Below, one piece after another: positions 1 to 8,281 of a stretch of 25,440 bases of DNA (positions are counted from its first letter, which is position 1; every line of letters begins with the position of its first letter). Source of the DNA: a virus. Taxonomy: Duplodnaviria > Caudoviricetes. Made by a program: the position numbers and the translations under genes. The DNA is taken from positions 1-25,440 of the IMG/VR virus record IMGVR_UViG_3300025327_000654. One strand, given 5' to 3'. Below the pieces are notes generated by a model. It had not been told where the DNA came from. It saw only the letters and a list, made by a program, of their open reading frames with translations, and did no database searches.

Positions 1-377
1 CTCTTAAATACGCAGTAAATTTTTTTTAGTAAGACGATTATGCTGGGAGATAGATCTGGTGAGGGACTGGCCCCCCTTCCCCCCAATGGGCCTTGAAGTA
101 AGAAGTTGCTTTCATGTGTCTACTTGCCTCTCGTCTTCTGCCGAGGTAGACCGCATGGGCGTTAATCTGACTTCCTCCAACTTCTTGAAGGTGCACACGC
201 CTCGTTCAGTTTATTTTTTTATATCGAACGGTCCTGCAGATTTTTTCCCTTCGGGCTCTGCACCTCTGTCCGATTAGAGGCCCCACGACATTCCTGCCAT
301 GGCCTGACCCGGCCCCCAGAAGGGGGGTTTATGCTGGTGTGATTAGTCTGGCGACAAATGCTCTGATACATGAAAGT

Positions 378-404
378 ATCATAACACATAATGCAAGTTG
401 TCAA
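378..404 (-). promoter_or_regulatory. Candidate leftward sigma70-type promoter
   Basis: Minus strand reads TTGACA (404-399) and an extended -10 TG-t-TATGAT (386-378). The 15-bp spacer is short, so the extended -10 is the main support. Confidence 0.4.
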
Positions 405-408
405 GTTT

Positions 409-437
409 TTGACAAACTGCTACTTATGGGTTAACAT
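409..437 (+). promoter_or_regulatory. Candidate rightward sigma70-type promoter
   Basis: TTGACA (409-414), 17 bp, TAACAT (432-437). Confidence 0.55.
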
Positions 438-498
438 GGTCTGGCAGTACGGACTATCTGATACATCTTCTTCTACTGCAACTGAAGAGTCTGGTCGT

Positions 499-530
499 AG
501 GGGGTCACAAAAGGTGGCCCCCTTCTTTTT
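499..530 (+). terminator. Rho-independent terminator
   Basis: Stem GGGGGTCAC (500-508) / GTGGCCCCC (514-522) with one G-U pair, a 5-nt loop, then TTCTTTTT. Confidence 0.7.
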
Positions 531-559
531 GCCGGAGAAAGGGGGGAGTAACAACCGCT

Positions 560-817
560 TCACGAGGGAAGAGTCGAATTATCCGTATCCGCATCCCCCA
601 GCATGGGGAAAGGCTGGGCGAAGATCTTTTCCGCCGCTTTTACGAGTTCCTGTTCTTTTTTTTCCCGCTCTGCTGCTTCTTTCCCCAGCCTGGCCATGCC
701 CTCTAAAATTTCAGGAAAAGATTTTTTCCCACGGGGAGTTTCTCCCCAAAAGTTCTTTTTCTCTTCTTCCCAGGGCAGTGGTTCTCCTCGCACGTTTCTG
801 GTTAAACCATCTTCCAT
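560..817 (-). CDS. Hypothetical protein (85 aa, charged, helical)
   Basis: ATG start and protein-like E/K-rich composition; fills the gap divergent from the 861 gene. No recognisable family. Confidence 0.55.
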   Translation of the reverse strand: MEDGLTRNVRGEPLPWEEEKKNFWGETPRGKKSFPEILEGMARLGKEAAEREKKEQELVKAAEKIFAQPFPMLGDADTDNSTLPS

Positions 818-846
818 ATCTTGATATTACCACAGGAAGGGTGCGG

Positions 847-852
847 TATAAT
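847..852 (+). promoter_or_regulatory. -10 box TATAAT, probably giving a near-leaderless mRNA
   Basis: TATAAT lies 8 nt upstream of ATG 861; no convincing -35 element. Confidence 0.4.
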
Positions 853-860
853 TGCGGGGT

Positions 861-1343
861 ATGGCCCTGGGTGACGAGGTACAAAAGCAGGTCGATGAAG
901 CAGCCGAAAAGGTCGATGCTATGGGCCAGGACAGCGAAGTTAAGGCGGCAAAGTGGGTCATCGAGGAGGGCAAGGCTGGAGACCGGGAAGAGAAAAAGGA
1001 GGCAGACCAAAATCTGGAAGTTCTGGGCAGGAGAGCCCGGTACAAGTTTGACAACTATAAACAGTTTTTAACTGAAATATGCCTGGACGTTTTGGAGCGG
1101 AAGGTGGAATTGAGGAAGGGCTGGAAGTACCGCACTTACTATAATAGTAAGGGGGTCGGGCTTCTTCTGGGATCTCCGTCGGGAAAAACGTATGGCCGGG
1201 GTTTTGCCCCCATGAATAATCCCCAGTACGATCTCAATGCTTGTGTGGTTTTGTGTCTTCAGGCAGAAAACACGATTGACGACATTGAGAAGTTAGAAGT
1301 GGAGAGGGCTTCCAAAACTGAGGCGGGGGTATACCTAGCATGA
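861..1343 (+). CDS. Hypothetical phage protein in the terminase small subunit position
   Basis: ATG 861 preferred over TTG 852. Its stop overlaps the terL start (ATGA). No terS motif recognised. Confidence 0.7.
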   Translation: MALGDEVQKQVDEAAEKVDAMGQDSEVKAAKWVIEEGKAGDREEKKEADQNLEVLGRRARYKFDNYKQFLTEICLDVLERKVELRKGWKYRTYYNSKGVGLLLGSPSGKTYGRGFAPMNNPQYDLNACVVLCLQAENTIDDIEKLEVERASKTEAGVYLA

Positions 1344-2869
1344 GCCGCAAAACTTCTCCATTCATCATCCCCAAGCCGCAGCTGGTAAAAGAATATGTGA
1401 AGCTGGCGGAGGTGGCCAAAGAGATGCTCAAAGCCAGATGCGGGCCGGATTTGTACCTGTTTAACAAATACGTTTTGGGAGTGGAAACAGGATCGGAGAA
1501 AGTTCCTCTGGGTCAGTTCCACAAGGAAATCTGTTATTTTGTCCAGAACCGGAGAGACAGGAAAAAACTTCTTTTGGTTCCTCGTGGTCACCTAAAATCA
1601 ACTCTCATCACCATCGGTTATCCTATTTTCAGGCTGGTGGAAAATATAAACACTCGTGTTTTGATCTTAAACGCCACTTGGCAGATGGCTGTGGACTTTT
1701 TAACCGAAATTAAAAACCATCTGCAGAAAAACGAAACCCTGATTAACACCTTCGGGTCTATGGCCGACAATCCAATTGAATGGAGTCAGGATCGGATTAC
1801 CCTGCAAAGGTCTGATCACGGGGTAAAGGGGCCGACGGTTTGGGCCACCGGGGTTGAATCTAATTTGGTCGGCAGCCACCCGGATTTAATTATCATGGAC
1901 GACGTGGTTAACCGGGACATCGCTGACTCCGAAGACCTGGCTTCCAAGGTCATTCTCCGCTACAAAGACGCTCTCGATCTCCTCGAACCCGGGGGCCAGC
2001 TCATCGTCATTGGCACTTGCTGGACGGACAAGGATCTATACGAGTGGCTGCGCAACCCCGACAACAAAGTTATCCAGGGTTATGACCTTTTAATCAGACC
2101 GGCGTTTGAATTCGAGGGGACTCTGGAGCAGGTTTTTTCCGAGGGCGGAGAAGCTCTGATGCAAAACCGGCTCTGGCCGGAGAAGTTTTCCTACAAGGAA
2201 CTTAAATCCCGGTATACCGGCAAAGGGCCGTATGAATTCTCGGCCCAGTATTTGCTCAATCCTGTCCCTGAAGATTCCGCAATTTTCAGGAAGGAATGGT
2301 TTAAGTACATCGAGTTGGAGGATTGGAAGGGCAGGATGGTGAACCGCTACATGACCGTCGATCCGGCCATCTCTCTGGCAAAAGAGGCGGATTATACGGG
2401 AATAATTATTACCGACGTTGACCAGTATGGAAACATATTAGTCCGGCACATTGACCGAGCCAGGGTTAGTCCGTACGACCTGATTAACCGGATCTTTTTT
2501 TTGGCAGACCAGTACCACCCGAATTCAATCGGAGTGGAAACGGTAGCTTTCCAGAAGACTTTGCAGTATTTTTTGAACGAGGAAATGAAGAGGCGGGGCA
2601 AGTTTTTACCAATTAGAGAGATCACTCCGGGCGACAGAACCAAGGCTGAAAGAATCAAATCCCTGCAGCCGCTTTATGCAGGTGGTAAGATATTACACAG
2701 TAAGGCAGTGCAAAACCTGCAGCTTCTAGAGGACGAATTACTCCGTTTTCCCAGAGGCAAACACGATGATATGATCGACGCTTTTTCATACATGACCGAC
2801 ATGATTGTCTCTCCACGGCCAAGACGGGAACATTACCACCAGCACTATTTGTATGGTCAAGAAAGATAA
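1340..2869 (+). CDS. terL: Phage terminase large subunit
   Basis: Walker A-like LLVPRGHLKST, Walker B LIIMDD, VIGT coupling motif, RNase H-like nuclease residues TVDPA, GVE and FPRGKHDDMIDA. Confidence 0.95.
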   Translation: MSRKTSPFIIPKPQLVKEYVKLAEVAKEMLKARCGPDLYLFNKYVLGVETGSEKVPLGQFHKEICYFVQNRRDRKKLLLVPRGHLKSTLITIGYPIFRLVENINTRVLILNATWQMAVDFLTEIKNHLQKNETLINTFGSMADNPIEWSQDRITLQRSDHGVKGPTVWATGVESNLVGSHPDLIIMDDVVNRDIADSEDLASKVILRYKDALDLLEPGGQLIVIGTCWTDKDLYEWLRNPDNKVIQGYDLLIRPAFEFEGTLEQVFSEGGEALMQNRLWPEKFSYKELKSRYTGKGPYEFSAQYLLNPVPEDSAIFRKEWFKYIELEDWKGRMVNRYMTVDPAISLAKEADYTGIIITDVDQYGNILVRHIDRARVSPYDLINRIFFLADQYHPNSIGVETVAFQKTLQYFLNEEMKRRGKFLPIREITPGDRTKAERIKSLQPLYAGGKILHSKAVQNLQLLEDELLRFPRGKHDDMIDAFSYMTDMIVSPRPRREHYHQHYLYGQER

Positions 2870-5090
2870 TATTGAACGGATCAGGGATTCCTACAAGCCC
2901 ACCGGGGAAGAGGCGAAGGTTTTGGAGATGGTGTATGACCGAAAGGTCAAGATGGAGGATGGAAGTGACCGGAAACAGGCTGCTAAAAACTGGGATAAAT
3001 GGCTGAAACAGTGGGAGGCGATGAGGCCGGAGAAAAACGAAGAAGATTGGCAGAGTAACCACGTGGTTCCCCTCACCACTGCGGTTGTGGAATCGGCGAT
3101 GTCCGAAGAGGTTGAGCAGGGCAGTAAGCCGTTGATCCAGGGTAGGGGGGAAGAGGATGTACCAAAAGCTACGGTCATGAGCCATATTTACGATTACACC
3201 TGGGAAATTTCAGACAGCGACACGGCCAGGGATGATGTCTTCAAGGATTCTTTGATTTTGGGAACCGGCATCGGCCAGGAATATTATCTAAAAAAGCCCA
3301 GAAAGATCAGGCATATTAAGGTGGACAAAGATGGCAAGGAAAGTTATACCGAGGAAGAGATTTTTGAGTACGACGACTGTATTTTGGAGCCGGTTAGACT
3401 GCAGGACTTCTTCATTGACGAAAACGCCAGGAACATAAATTCCGGGCCGTACCCGGCCAGGGATTGTATCCGTCGGTATGTTATGGACATTGACGATTTC
3501 AAGAATTTTTTTACGGGCAAGGTCTGGGATCCGCTGGAGAACGCCAAGCGGGTTATTCCCGGCAAGGGAGCGGATTATTACGAGTTTTACAAACCCCCCA
3601 CGGGGATAGACCACTCCCGCCAAGTGGAGGTTTTGTGGTACTGGTCGAGGGTTCCCAAGGATTATCTGGTGGTGATTGCCAACGATGTGGTCATCAGGAT
3701 GGGGCCGAATATTTACCGGCACAAACAGCTTCCTTTTGCCAGGGCGATAGACATTAAACGCACCCACCGTTTCTACGGCAAAGGTGAGCCGGAGCTCTTG
3801 GAGTCGGTACAAAACGAGAAAGACACTCTCCGCCGGATGATTCTGGACAGGAATCATTTAGACATCGACAAAATGTTTTTGGTGGGTAGCCGGAACCAGT
3901 TGAGCGAAGAAGATTTGATTGCCCGCCCCCACGCCATGGTGCCAGTTGACGACCCCGATTCGGTTAAAGCCGTGGAGTATGGGGATATTCCCCGGTCGGT
4001 GGAGATGTCACTCAAAGCTCTGGACGAAGACGGCACGATTGCCACCGGGATTGATCCCAGGTTCACTTCCGCCCCTCAAGCCGGTACGGCCACGGAAGCG
4101 GCCATCCTGAAAGAATCGGCTCTGCGTAGGTTGAGGATGAAGATCCGCATGTTCCAACGGGGATTCCTGGTGGATGTGGCCAGATTGAGAGTAGCCAACA
4201 TCATCCAATTCTACTCCCAGCCACGGCTGGAGAAGATTGTGGGAGAGAAGGGTTCCCAGGACTTCGAGAAGAAGATTGAAGAGTTGAAAGCCAAGGGAGT
4301 TTTGGAGGAAATGGGTGGTGATTTCTACCAAAAGAGTTACAAAAACATCAAGATTAAAGACAAGAAACTGGATTTCGATGAACGGGGCCAGGTCAAAGAG
4401 GTACCCTACAAGGGTTACACCTTCTTTGAGGCTAAGCCGGAGTTCTTTATTCCGGCGGTTAGGGGTGGGTTTGATATCAAGTTCTCCGCCGGGCCGACTC
4501 TTCCTCCCAGTATTCCCCTCATGCAGAGCAAAACAGTGGAATTATATGACCGGCTAATCCAAAACCCCGGTTTTGATCCGATTAAACTGGGCGATCTCCT
4601 GTTAACCGTCCATGACCGTGACCCCGATGCTCTCCACGCCCAACCGGCGGAGGGCGAGGACACCGAAAGCGGCGGTTTGCAGATGCAGATCGAGCTGGCT
4701 ATGCGGGAGAACCAGATGTTGACCCAGGGTCAGGAGGTTCCGCCCACCGAGTACGCATCCCCGGCTCATTCCCGAATCCACATCGAGTTTATGGGTTCAG
4801 ACCAGGTTCCATCTGATCCCCAGATTTTGCAGAATTTCAGCAACCACGTCATGCCTGAACTCATGGCCCAAGCCCACCGTGGCGGTCAGGGTGGGGCGAT
4901 GGGAGCCGAGGGCGGAATGGGCGGAGGTATGGGCAACGAGGGTAACTCGCCCATGCAAGCCATCCAGGGTGGGGAATCGGCCAGAAAGGCCATTTCTCCG
5001 GGTAAAGCACCCAAGGCCAGCAGGATTAAGATGGGCGATGTCATGCCCGGCAAAGTGACCGGAAGCCGGACGATGCCGGTACAAGCATAA
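2853..5090 (+). CDS. Portal protein (large, P22/podovirus-like)
   Basis: Follows terL; ~745 aa from ATG 2853; portal-like motifs GTGIG, HRFYGKG, ATGID and TATEA; low-complexity G/M-rich C-terminus. Confidence 0.88.
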   Translation: MVKKDNIERIRDSYKPTGEEAKVLEMVYDRKVKMEDGSDRKQAAKNWDKWLKQWEAMRPEKNEEDWQSNHVVPLTTAVVESAMSEEVEQGSKPLIQGRGEEDVPKATVMSHIYDYTWEISDSDTARDDVFKDSLILGTGIGQEYYLKKPRKIRHIKVDKDGKESYTEEEIFEYDDCILEPVRLQDFFIDENARNINSGPYPARDCIRRYVMDIDDFKNFFTGKVWDPLENAKRVIPGKGADYYEFYKPPTGIDHSRQVEVLWYWSRVPKDYLVVIANDVVIRMGPNIYRHKQLPFARAIDIKRTHRFYGKGEPELLESVQNEKDTLRRMILDRNHLDIDKMFLVGSRNQLSEEDLIARPHAMVPVDDPDSVKAVEYGDIPRSVEMSLKALDEDGTIATGIDPRFTSAPQAGTATEAAILKESALRRLRMKIRMFQRGFLVDVARLRVANIIQFYSQPRLEKIVGEKGSQDFEKKIEELKAKGVLEEMGGDFYQKSYKNIKIKDKKLDFDERGQVKEVPYKGYTFFEAKPEFFIPAVRGGFDIKFSAGPTLPPSIPLMQSKTVELYDRLIQNPGFDPIKLGDLLLTVHDRDPDALHAQPAEGEDTESGGLQMQIELAMRENQMLTQGQEVPPTEYASPAHSRIHIEFMGSDQVPSDPQILQNFSNHVMPELMAQAHRGGQGGAMGAEGGMGGGMGNEGNSPMQAIQGGESARKAISPGKAPKASRIKMGDVMPGKVTGSRTMPVQA

Positions 5091-5091
5091 T

Positions 5092-5397
5092 ATGGTAAAG
5101 AGAAAAGCTACTATTCAGGTTGTCGAATACCTGAAAGCGATTACGCTGGAGGAGTTGAAGTTTCTGGTGAAGCTGGCCAACGACAAAGACAATGATATGT
5201 TCTTCAGGTTCCTGAAAGCTGAAGCTGAACGCAAGAAAAACATCATCTGGCGGTTGCCGGAGGGAGATCCGGTAAAATTGGCCATTGAGAAAGCGGCTCT
5301 CCGGGGAGGGATAGAATCACTATATATTGTATTTGATATGATTAGGGAATCTCCGAACGAGATGGAACGGAGGCTGAAGGAGAGTAAAAATGGCTAG
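5092..5397 (+). CDS. Hypothetical helical protein downstream of portal
   Basis: Starts 1 nt after the portal stop and overlaps the next start; 101 aa. Confidence 0.75.
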   Translation: MVKRKATIQVVEYLKAITLEELKFLVKLANDKDNDMFFRFLKAEAERKKNIIWRLPEGDPVKLAIEKAALRGGIESLYIVFDMIRESPNEMERRLKESKNG

Positions 5398-6166
5398 TCT
5401 AAAAGATTATTTGGGGGGTTTGGTCGGCAACCTCTTTGGTAAGGCTAAACAGGGGGTGGGCGAGTTTCTTCAGTATGCCAAGCAACAACCTCAACCTAAC
5501 TTTATGCGTGACTTTCCCAACATTATTCAACAACCAACGGCAACTCCAGCTCCAACAGCTAGGCCAACCATATCTCCCAGACAACAGCAGGTTTTGTCTG
5601 CAAATTCAGGTCGGATTCCCGACGCTGGTACTTTTTATAACGAGGGCTTCGACAAAATATATCCAGAGGCTGCAAAAGAAATACCGACCCCCACTCCCAC
5701 TCCTCCGAATTATATTCAAGGTTTTACACACGGGAATATCCCGACAGATATTTCCGGGTTAATTATTCAGGCGGCAAATCAATACAATATACATCCAGCG
5801 GTTTTGGCTAGTTTAATTTTTTCAGAAAGTGGGTTCAATCCACAAGCTATAAATACCGGAGTAAACGACTATGGACAGAGCTGGAGGGATCGTGGGATTG
5901 CGCAGATTAACGATCTGGCCCATCCAGATGTTACCGATACTCAAGCATTCGATCCTGGATTTGCAATCCCTTATTCAGCTAGATTACTAGATCAATACAG
6001 AAAACAGATGGACAATGATTTAACAACAGGCATAGCTGCATACAGAGTTGGGCCGGGGAGAGCCAGAAACAAGGGTCCAAAAGGCAGGGAAAAGGTTAAA
6101 AAAGTTATTGAAGGTCTTGATCCGGCGATTGTTAAAGAGCTTGGGTTGGGCGTTGGTTGGGAGTGA
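5390..6166 (+). CDS. Lytic transglycosylase (SLT/lysozyme-like domain) with Pro/Thr-rich N-terminal linkers
   Basis: AANQYNIHPAVLASLIFSESGFNPQA (catalytic Glu motif), GIAQIN and IAAY motifs; SD AAGGAG upstream. Confidence 0.88.
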   Translation: MASLKDYLGGLVGNLFGKAKQGVGEFLQYAKQQPQPNFMRDFPNIIQQPTATPAPTARPTISPRQQQVLSANSGRIPDAGTFYNEGFDKIYPEAAKEIPTPTPTPPNYIQGFTHGNIPTDISGLIIQAANQYNIHPAVLASLIFSESGFNPQAINTGVNDYGQSWRDRGIAQINDLAHPDVTDTQAFDPGFAIPYSARLLDQYRKQMDNDLTTGIAAYRVGPGRARNKGPKGREKVKKVIEGLDPAIVKELGLGVGWE

Positions 6167-6176
6167 GGTGATTTAA

Positions 6177-6281
6177 ATGGCTAAGAAAGTTTCAAAATAC
6201 GCAAAGAAATCGGCAAAAAAGGGTGGAAAAATGATGATGAAAGAGAAGGAAATGTATCGGATGCACAAGCCGAAACATTGA
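6177..6281 (+). CDS. 34-aa Lys/Met-rich basic peptide (below the ORF-track cutoff)
   Basis: MAKKVSKYAKKSAKKGGKMMMKEKEMYRMHKPKH*; SD GAGGTG at 6165-6170; fills the gap between the SLT gene and the next promoter. Confidence 0.7.
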   Translation: MAKKVSKYAKKSAKKGGKMMMKEKEMYRMHKPKH

Positions 6282-6306
6282 CATTGGTAGTTCCTGGGTA
6301 TATTAT
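6278..6306 (+). promoter_or_regulatory. Near-consensus sigma70 promoter upstream of scaffold/capsid genes
   Basis: TTGACA (6278-6283), 17 bp, TATTAT (6301-6306). Confidence 0.7.
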
Positions 6307-6348
6307 TCCAGTTAAGGAGAACCGTGTAGCCCACGGCCCCGCAAACAA

Positions 6349-7149
6349 ATGGCCGATGATTCCGTAATACAAGTAGATCCTCCGGCAACACCATCGATTT
6401 CGGTGGAACCTAAAAAAGATGAGCCGGGAGATTTGTCATGGAAAGACAAGGTAAAAGACAAAAGCCAGGGGCAGTTGATGGAAATGTACGGTGAGGCCAG
6501 TAAGAAATTAGGGGAAATGAGCGAATCGGAGAGGCAAAAGACTGAAGTTTTGAAGAAAATGAACGTAATTTTGGCTGCCATCGGCAAAGACCCGACCAGA
6601 GAGAAGATGGTCAAGCTGTGGATTGATGAATTAAATGGTGGGGACGGGGACGGGGACGGAGGCGGTGATGGCAAGGACAAGAAGACCGATCCGGCTTTAA
6701 CCGATGTCCGCCGGAGTCAGGAAAGCGAGATAATTAACCGTTTTGAGGCCAGATATGGCATAGACAAACTGGCCGCAGACAAGAAAAAGGAAGACCACAT
6801 AAAAATCGGTAACGCTTTGTGGGAATTGGTTGATCCCAGGGGTGAATTTAAGAATTATGAGCAGATGTTGGACAGTGTTCCCCTGCAAAAGTTGGATAAA
6901 ATGCTGGAAAATGCCTACTGGATCGCTAATCGGGACAAAGTACAGTCTGATCTGGCCATCGCCAGGAAAGCGGAGCGGGATGGGGCTGAGATGGGGGCAA
7001 TCGGGGGTATTTCTTCGTCTTCTGCAGGTGGCGAAGGTGAAGATATCAACTTAACCCAGGAGCAACGGTATGCGGCCAAAAAGATGGGCGTTTCCGAGGA
7101 CAAATACAAGGAAAGAATGAAAGAAATTATAAAATCGAGGAGGGGATAA
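6349..7149 (+). CDS. Capsid scaffolding protein (putative)
   Basis: Highly charged and helical, located between portal and capsid genes; C-terminal LTQEQRYAAKKMGVSEDKY resembles scaffold coat-binding ends; GDGDGDGGG linker. Confidence 0.7.
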   Translation: MADDSVIQVDPPATPSISVEPKKDEPGDLSWKDKVKDKSQGQLMEMYGEASKKLGEMSESERQKTEVLKKMNVILAAIGKDPTREKMVKLWIDELNGGDGDGDGGGDGKDKKTDPALTDVRRSQESEIINRFEARYGIDKLAADKKKEDHIKIGNALWELVDPRGEFKNYEQMLDSVPLQKLDKMLENAYWIANRDKVQSDLAIARKAERDGAEMGAIGGISSSSAGGEGEDINLTQEQRYAAKKMGVSEDKYKERMKEIIKSRRG

Positions 7150-7150
7150 C

Positions 7151-7624
7151 ATGAAAGCATTAAAAAACCCGGAAAACGGGGCAGATATCACTACTATAGT
7201 CAGGAAAGAGGGTCAAAGCCGGGAGTATTCCATCAAAGTCGGCGAAACTCTGATTTTTGACGACAGTGTGGCAAAAGATCTCTTGACCAGGTATCAATTT
7301 CTCGAAGAGGTGGAGATAAAACAGGAAAGAGCAACGGGAAACTATAAATGTCCTCACTGCGAGTATGGTCATGTCTCTAAAATAGCGGTTCTGGGACACA
7401 TGAACGGCCACAAGGATTTGGAAAAGAAAGAAATAATCCAATTGGGTTCAGAGTTGCCAACCGTGACTCCAGTTGAGGGCAAACCAGTTTTGAGTCCGAT
7501 GGAAGAACGGGAAATTAAGAAGAGGGAAGACCGGGGCGATGAAATACCGGATCGGGGAGTTGATAAGGACGGAGTTTCTTGGTACGGGCCGGGACTCGAA
7601 GACGACGATTTGAAGAAGGAATAA
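7151..7624 (+). CDS. Hypothetical protein with one classical C2H2 zinc finger
   Basis: YKCPHCEYGHVSKIAVLGHMNGH matches C-x2-C-x12-H-x3-H; acidic C-terminus; SD GGAGG upstream. Confidence 0.75.
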   Translation: MKALKNPENGADITTIVRKEGQSREYSIKVGETLIFDDSVAKDLLTRYQFLEEVEIKQERATGNYKCPHCEYGHVSKIAVLGHMNGHKDLEKKEIIQLGSELPTVTPVEGKPVLSPMEEREIKKREDRGDEIPDRGVDKDGVSWYGPGLEDDDLKKE

Positions 7625-7644
7625 GGGGTTTTTTGAAGCTAAAC

Positions 7645-7675
7645 TTGACAAGTGGTAGCCAACATGTTCTATACT
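7645..7675 (+). promoter_or_regulatory. Candidate promoter upstream of cement/capsid genes
   Basis: TTGACA (7645-7650) and TATACT (7670-7675), but the spacer is 19 bp. Confidence 0.4.
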
Positions 7676-7693
7676 TTCTAGTGAAAGAAGAAC

Positions 7694-8278
7694 ATGGCAT
7701 ACACAGCATCAACGGGTTTTCGATACGGCAAGAGCCTTTTGGGGTCACAGTCCCCGATGGCCTTGAAGATTCGTGCGGGAGATTCTAAAACACTTACGAT
7801 TGGTGACGCAGTTCGGGTAAACACTTCTGGTTTGATTGATTTGGTTGGAGCTGGTAATCCGGTTTTGGGAGTAATTCAGGGTTTAGTCGATGAAAACGGC
7901 GGAAACCTTTTGGCTCTTGGTTATACAAACAACACCGGGGCGACTCTTTCTGGCGACGATACCGTGACTACGGCTTCGGACAATTCAACCAGAACCCATT
8001 ATATTATGGCGGAAGTCTTCATCGACCCCGCCGGTTCTTTGCTTTATTACAATGACTCCAATGGAACTCTGGCCCAAGCCAATCTCTTCCAGCTTTTTGA
8101 CGTACTGGCCGCTTCGGATCAGATAGATCAGTCGTCTGCTTCCGATACTTCTGGTCAATTTCAACTTCTAGTGATTGATCCCGACGGGGATGCGGATGCG
8201 TCAAAAGGGTTATTTAGGGTGGCTGAACCCCAGTTGCTAACGCATATTGGGAATTCCACCGCAGTTGTGGCTGCATAA
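7694..8278 (+). CDS. Putative capsid cement/decoration protein
   Basis: 194 aa, G/A/T/D-rich and beta-like (IGDAV, VLGV), immediately before the major capsid gene. Call is based on position and composition. Confidence 0.65.
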   Translation: MAYTASTGFRYGKSLLGSQSPMALKIRAGDSKTLTIGDAVRVNTSGLIDLVGAGNPVLGVIQGLVDENGGNLLALGYTNNTGATLSGDDTVTTASDNSTRTHYIMAEVFIDPAGSLLYYNDSNGTLAQANLFQLFDVLAASDQIDQSSASDTSGQFQLLVIDPDGDADASKGLFRVAEPQLLTHIGNSTAVVAA

Positions 8279-8281
8279 AAC

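Noticed and set aside
1-530. tRNA or other known RNA gene in the left intergenic region
   Set aside because: No cloverleaf, T-loop GTTCRA stem or recognisable SRP/tmRNA motif found by eye.
391-1071. 226-aa + strand ORF
   Set aside because: It spans a promoter and a terminator, overlaps two more plausible genes, and has no protein-like composition.
2805-2852. Upstream starts given in the ORF track for the portal (also 852, 9249, 11964, 15627, 16258, 19051, 19605)
   Set aside because: Downstream ATGs give better SD or stop-start coupling and avoid long overlaps.
2392-5084. Numerous minus-strand ORFs inside terL and portal (and likewise inside the GT genes)
   Set aside because: Antisense shadows of well-supported + strand genes, with no motifs.
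6637-6672. GGGGAC repeats as a G-quadruplex or phase-variable tract
   Set aside because: An in-frame hexamer encoding a Gly-Asp linker in the scaffold; too short to support a separate role.
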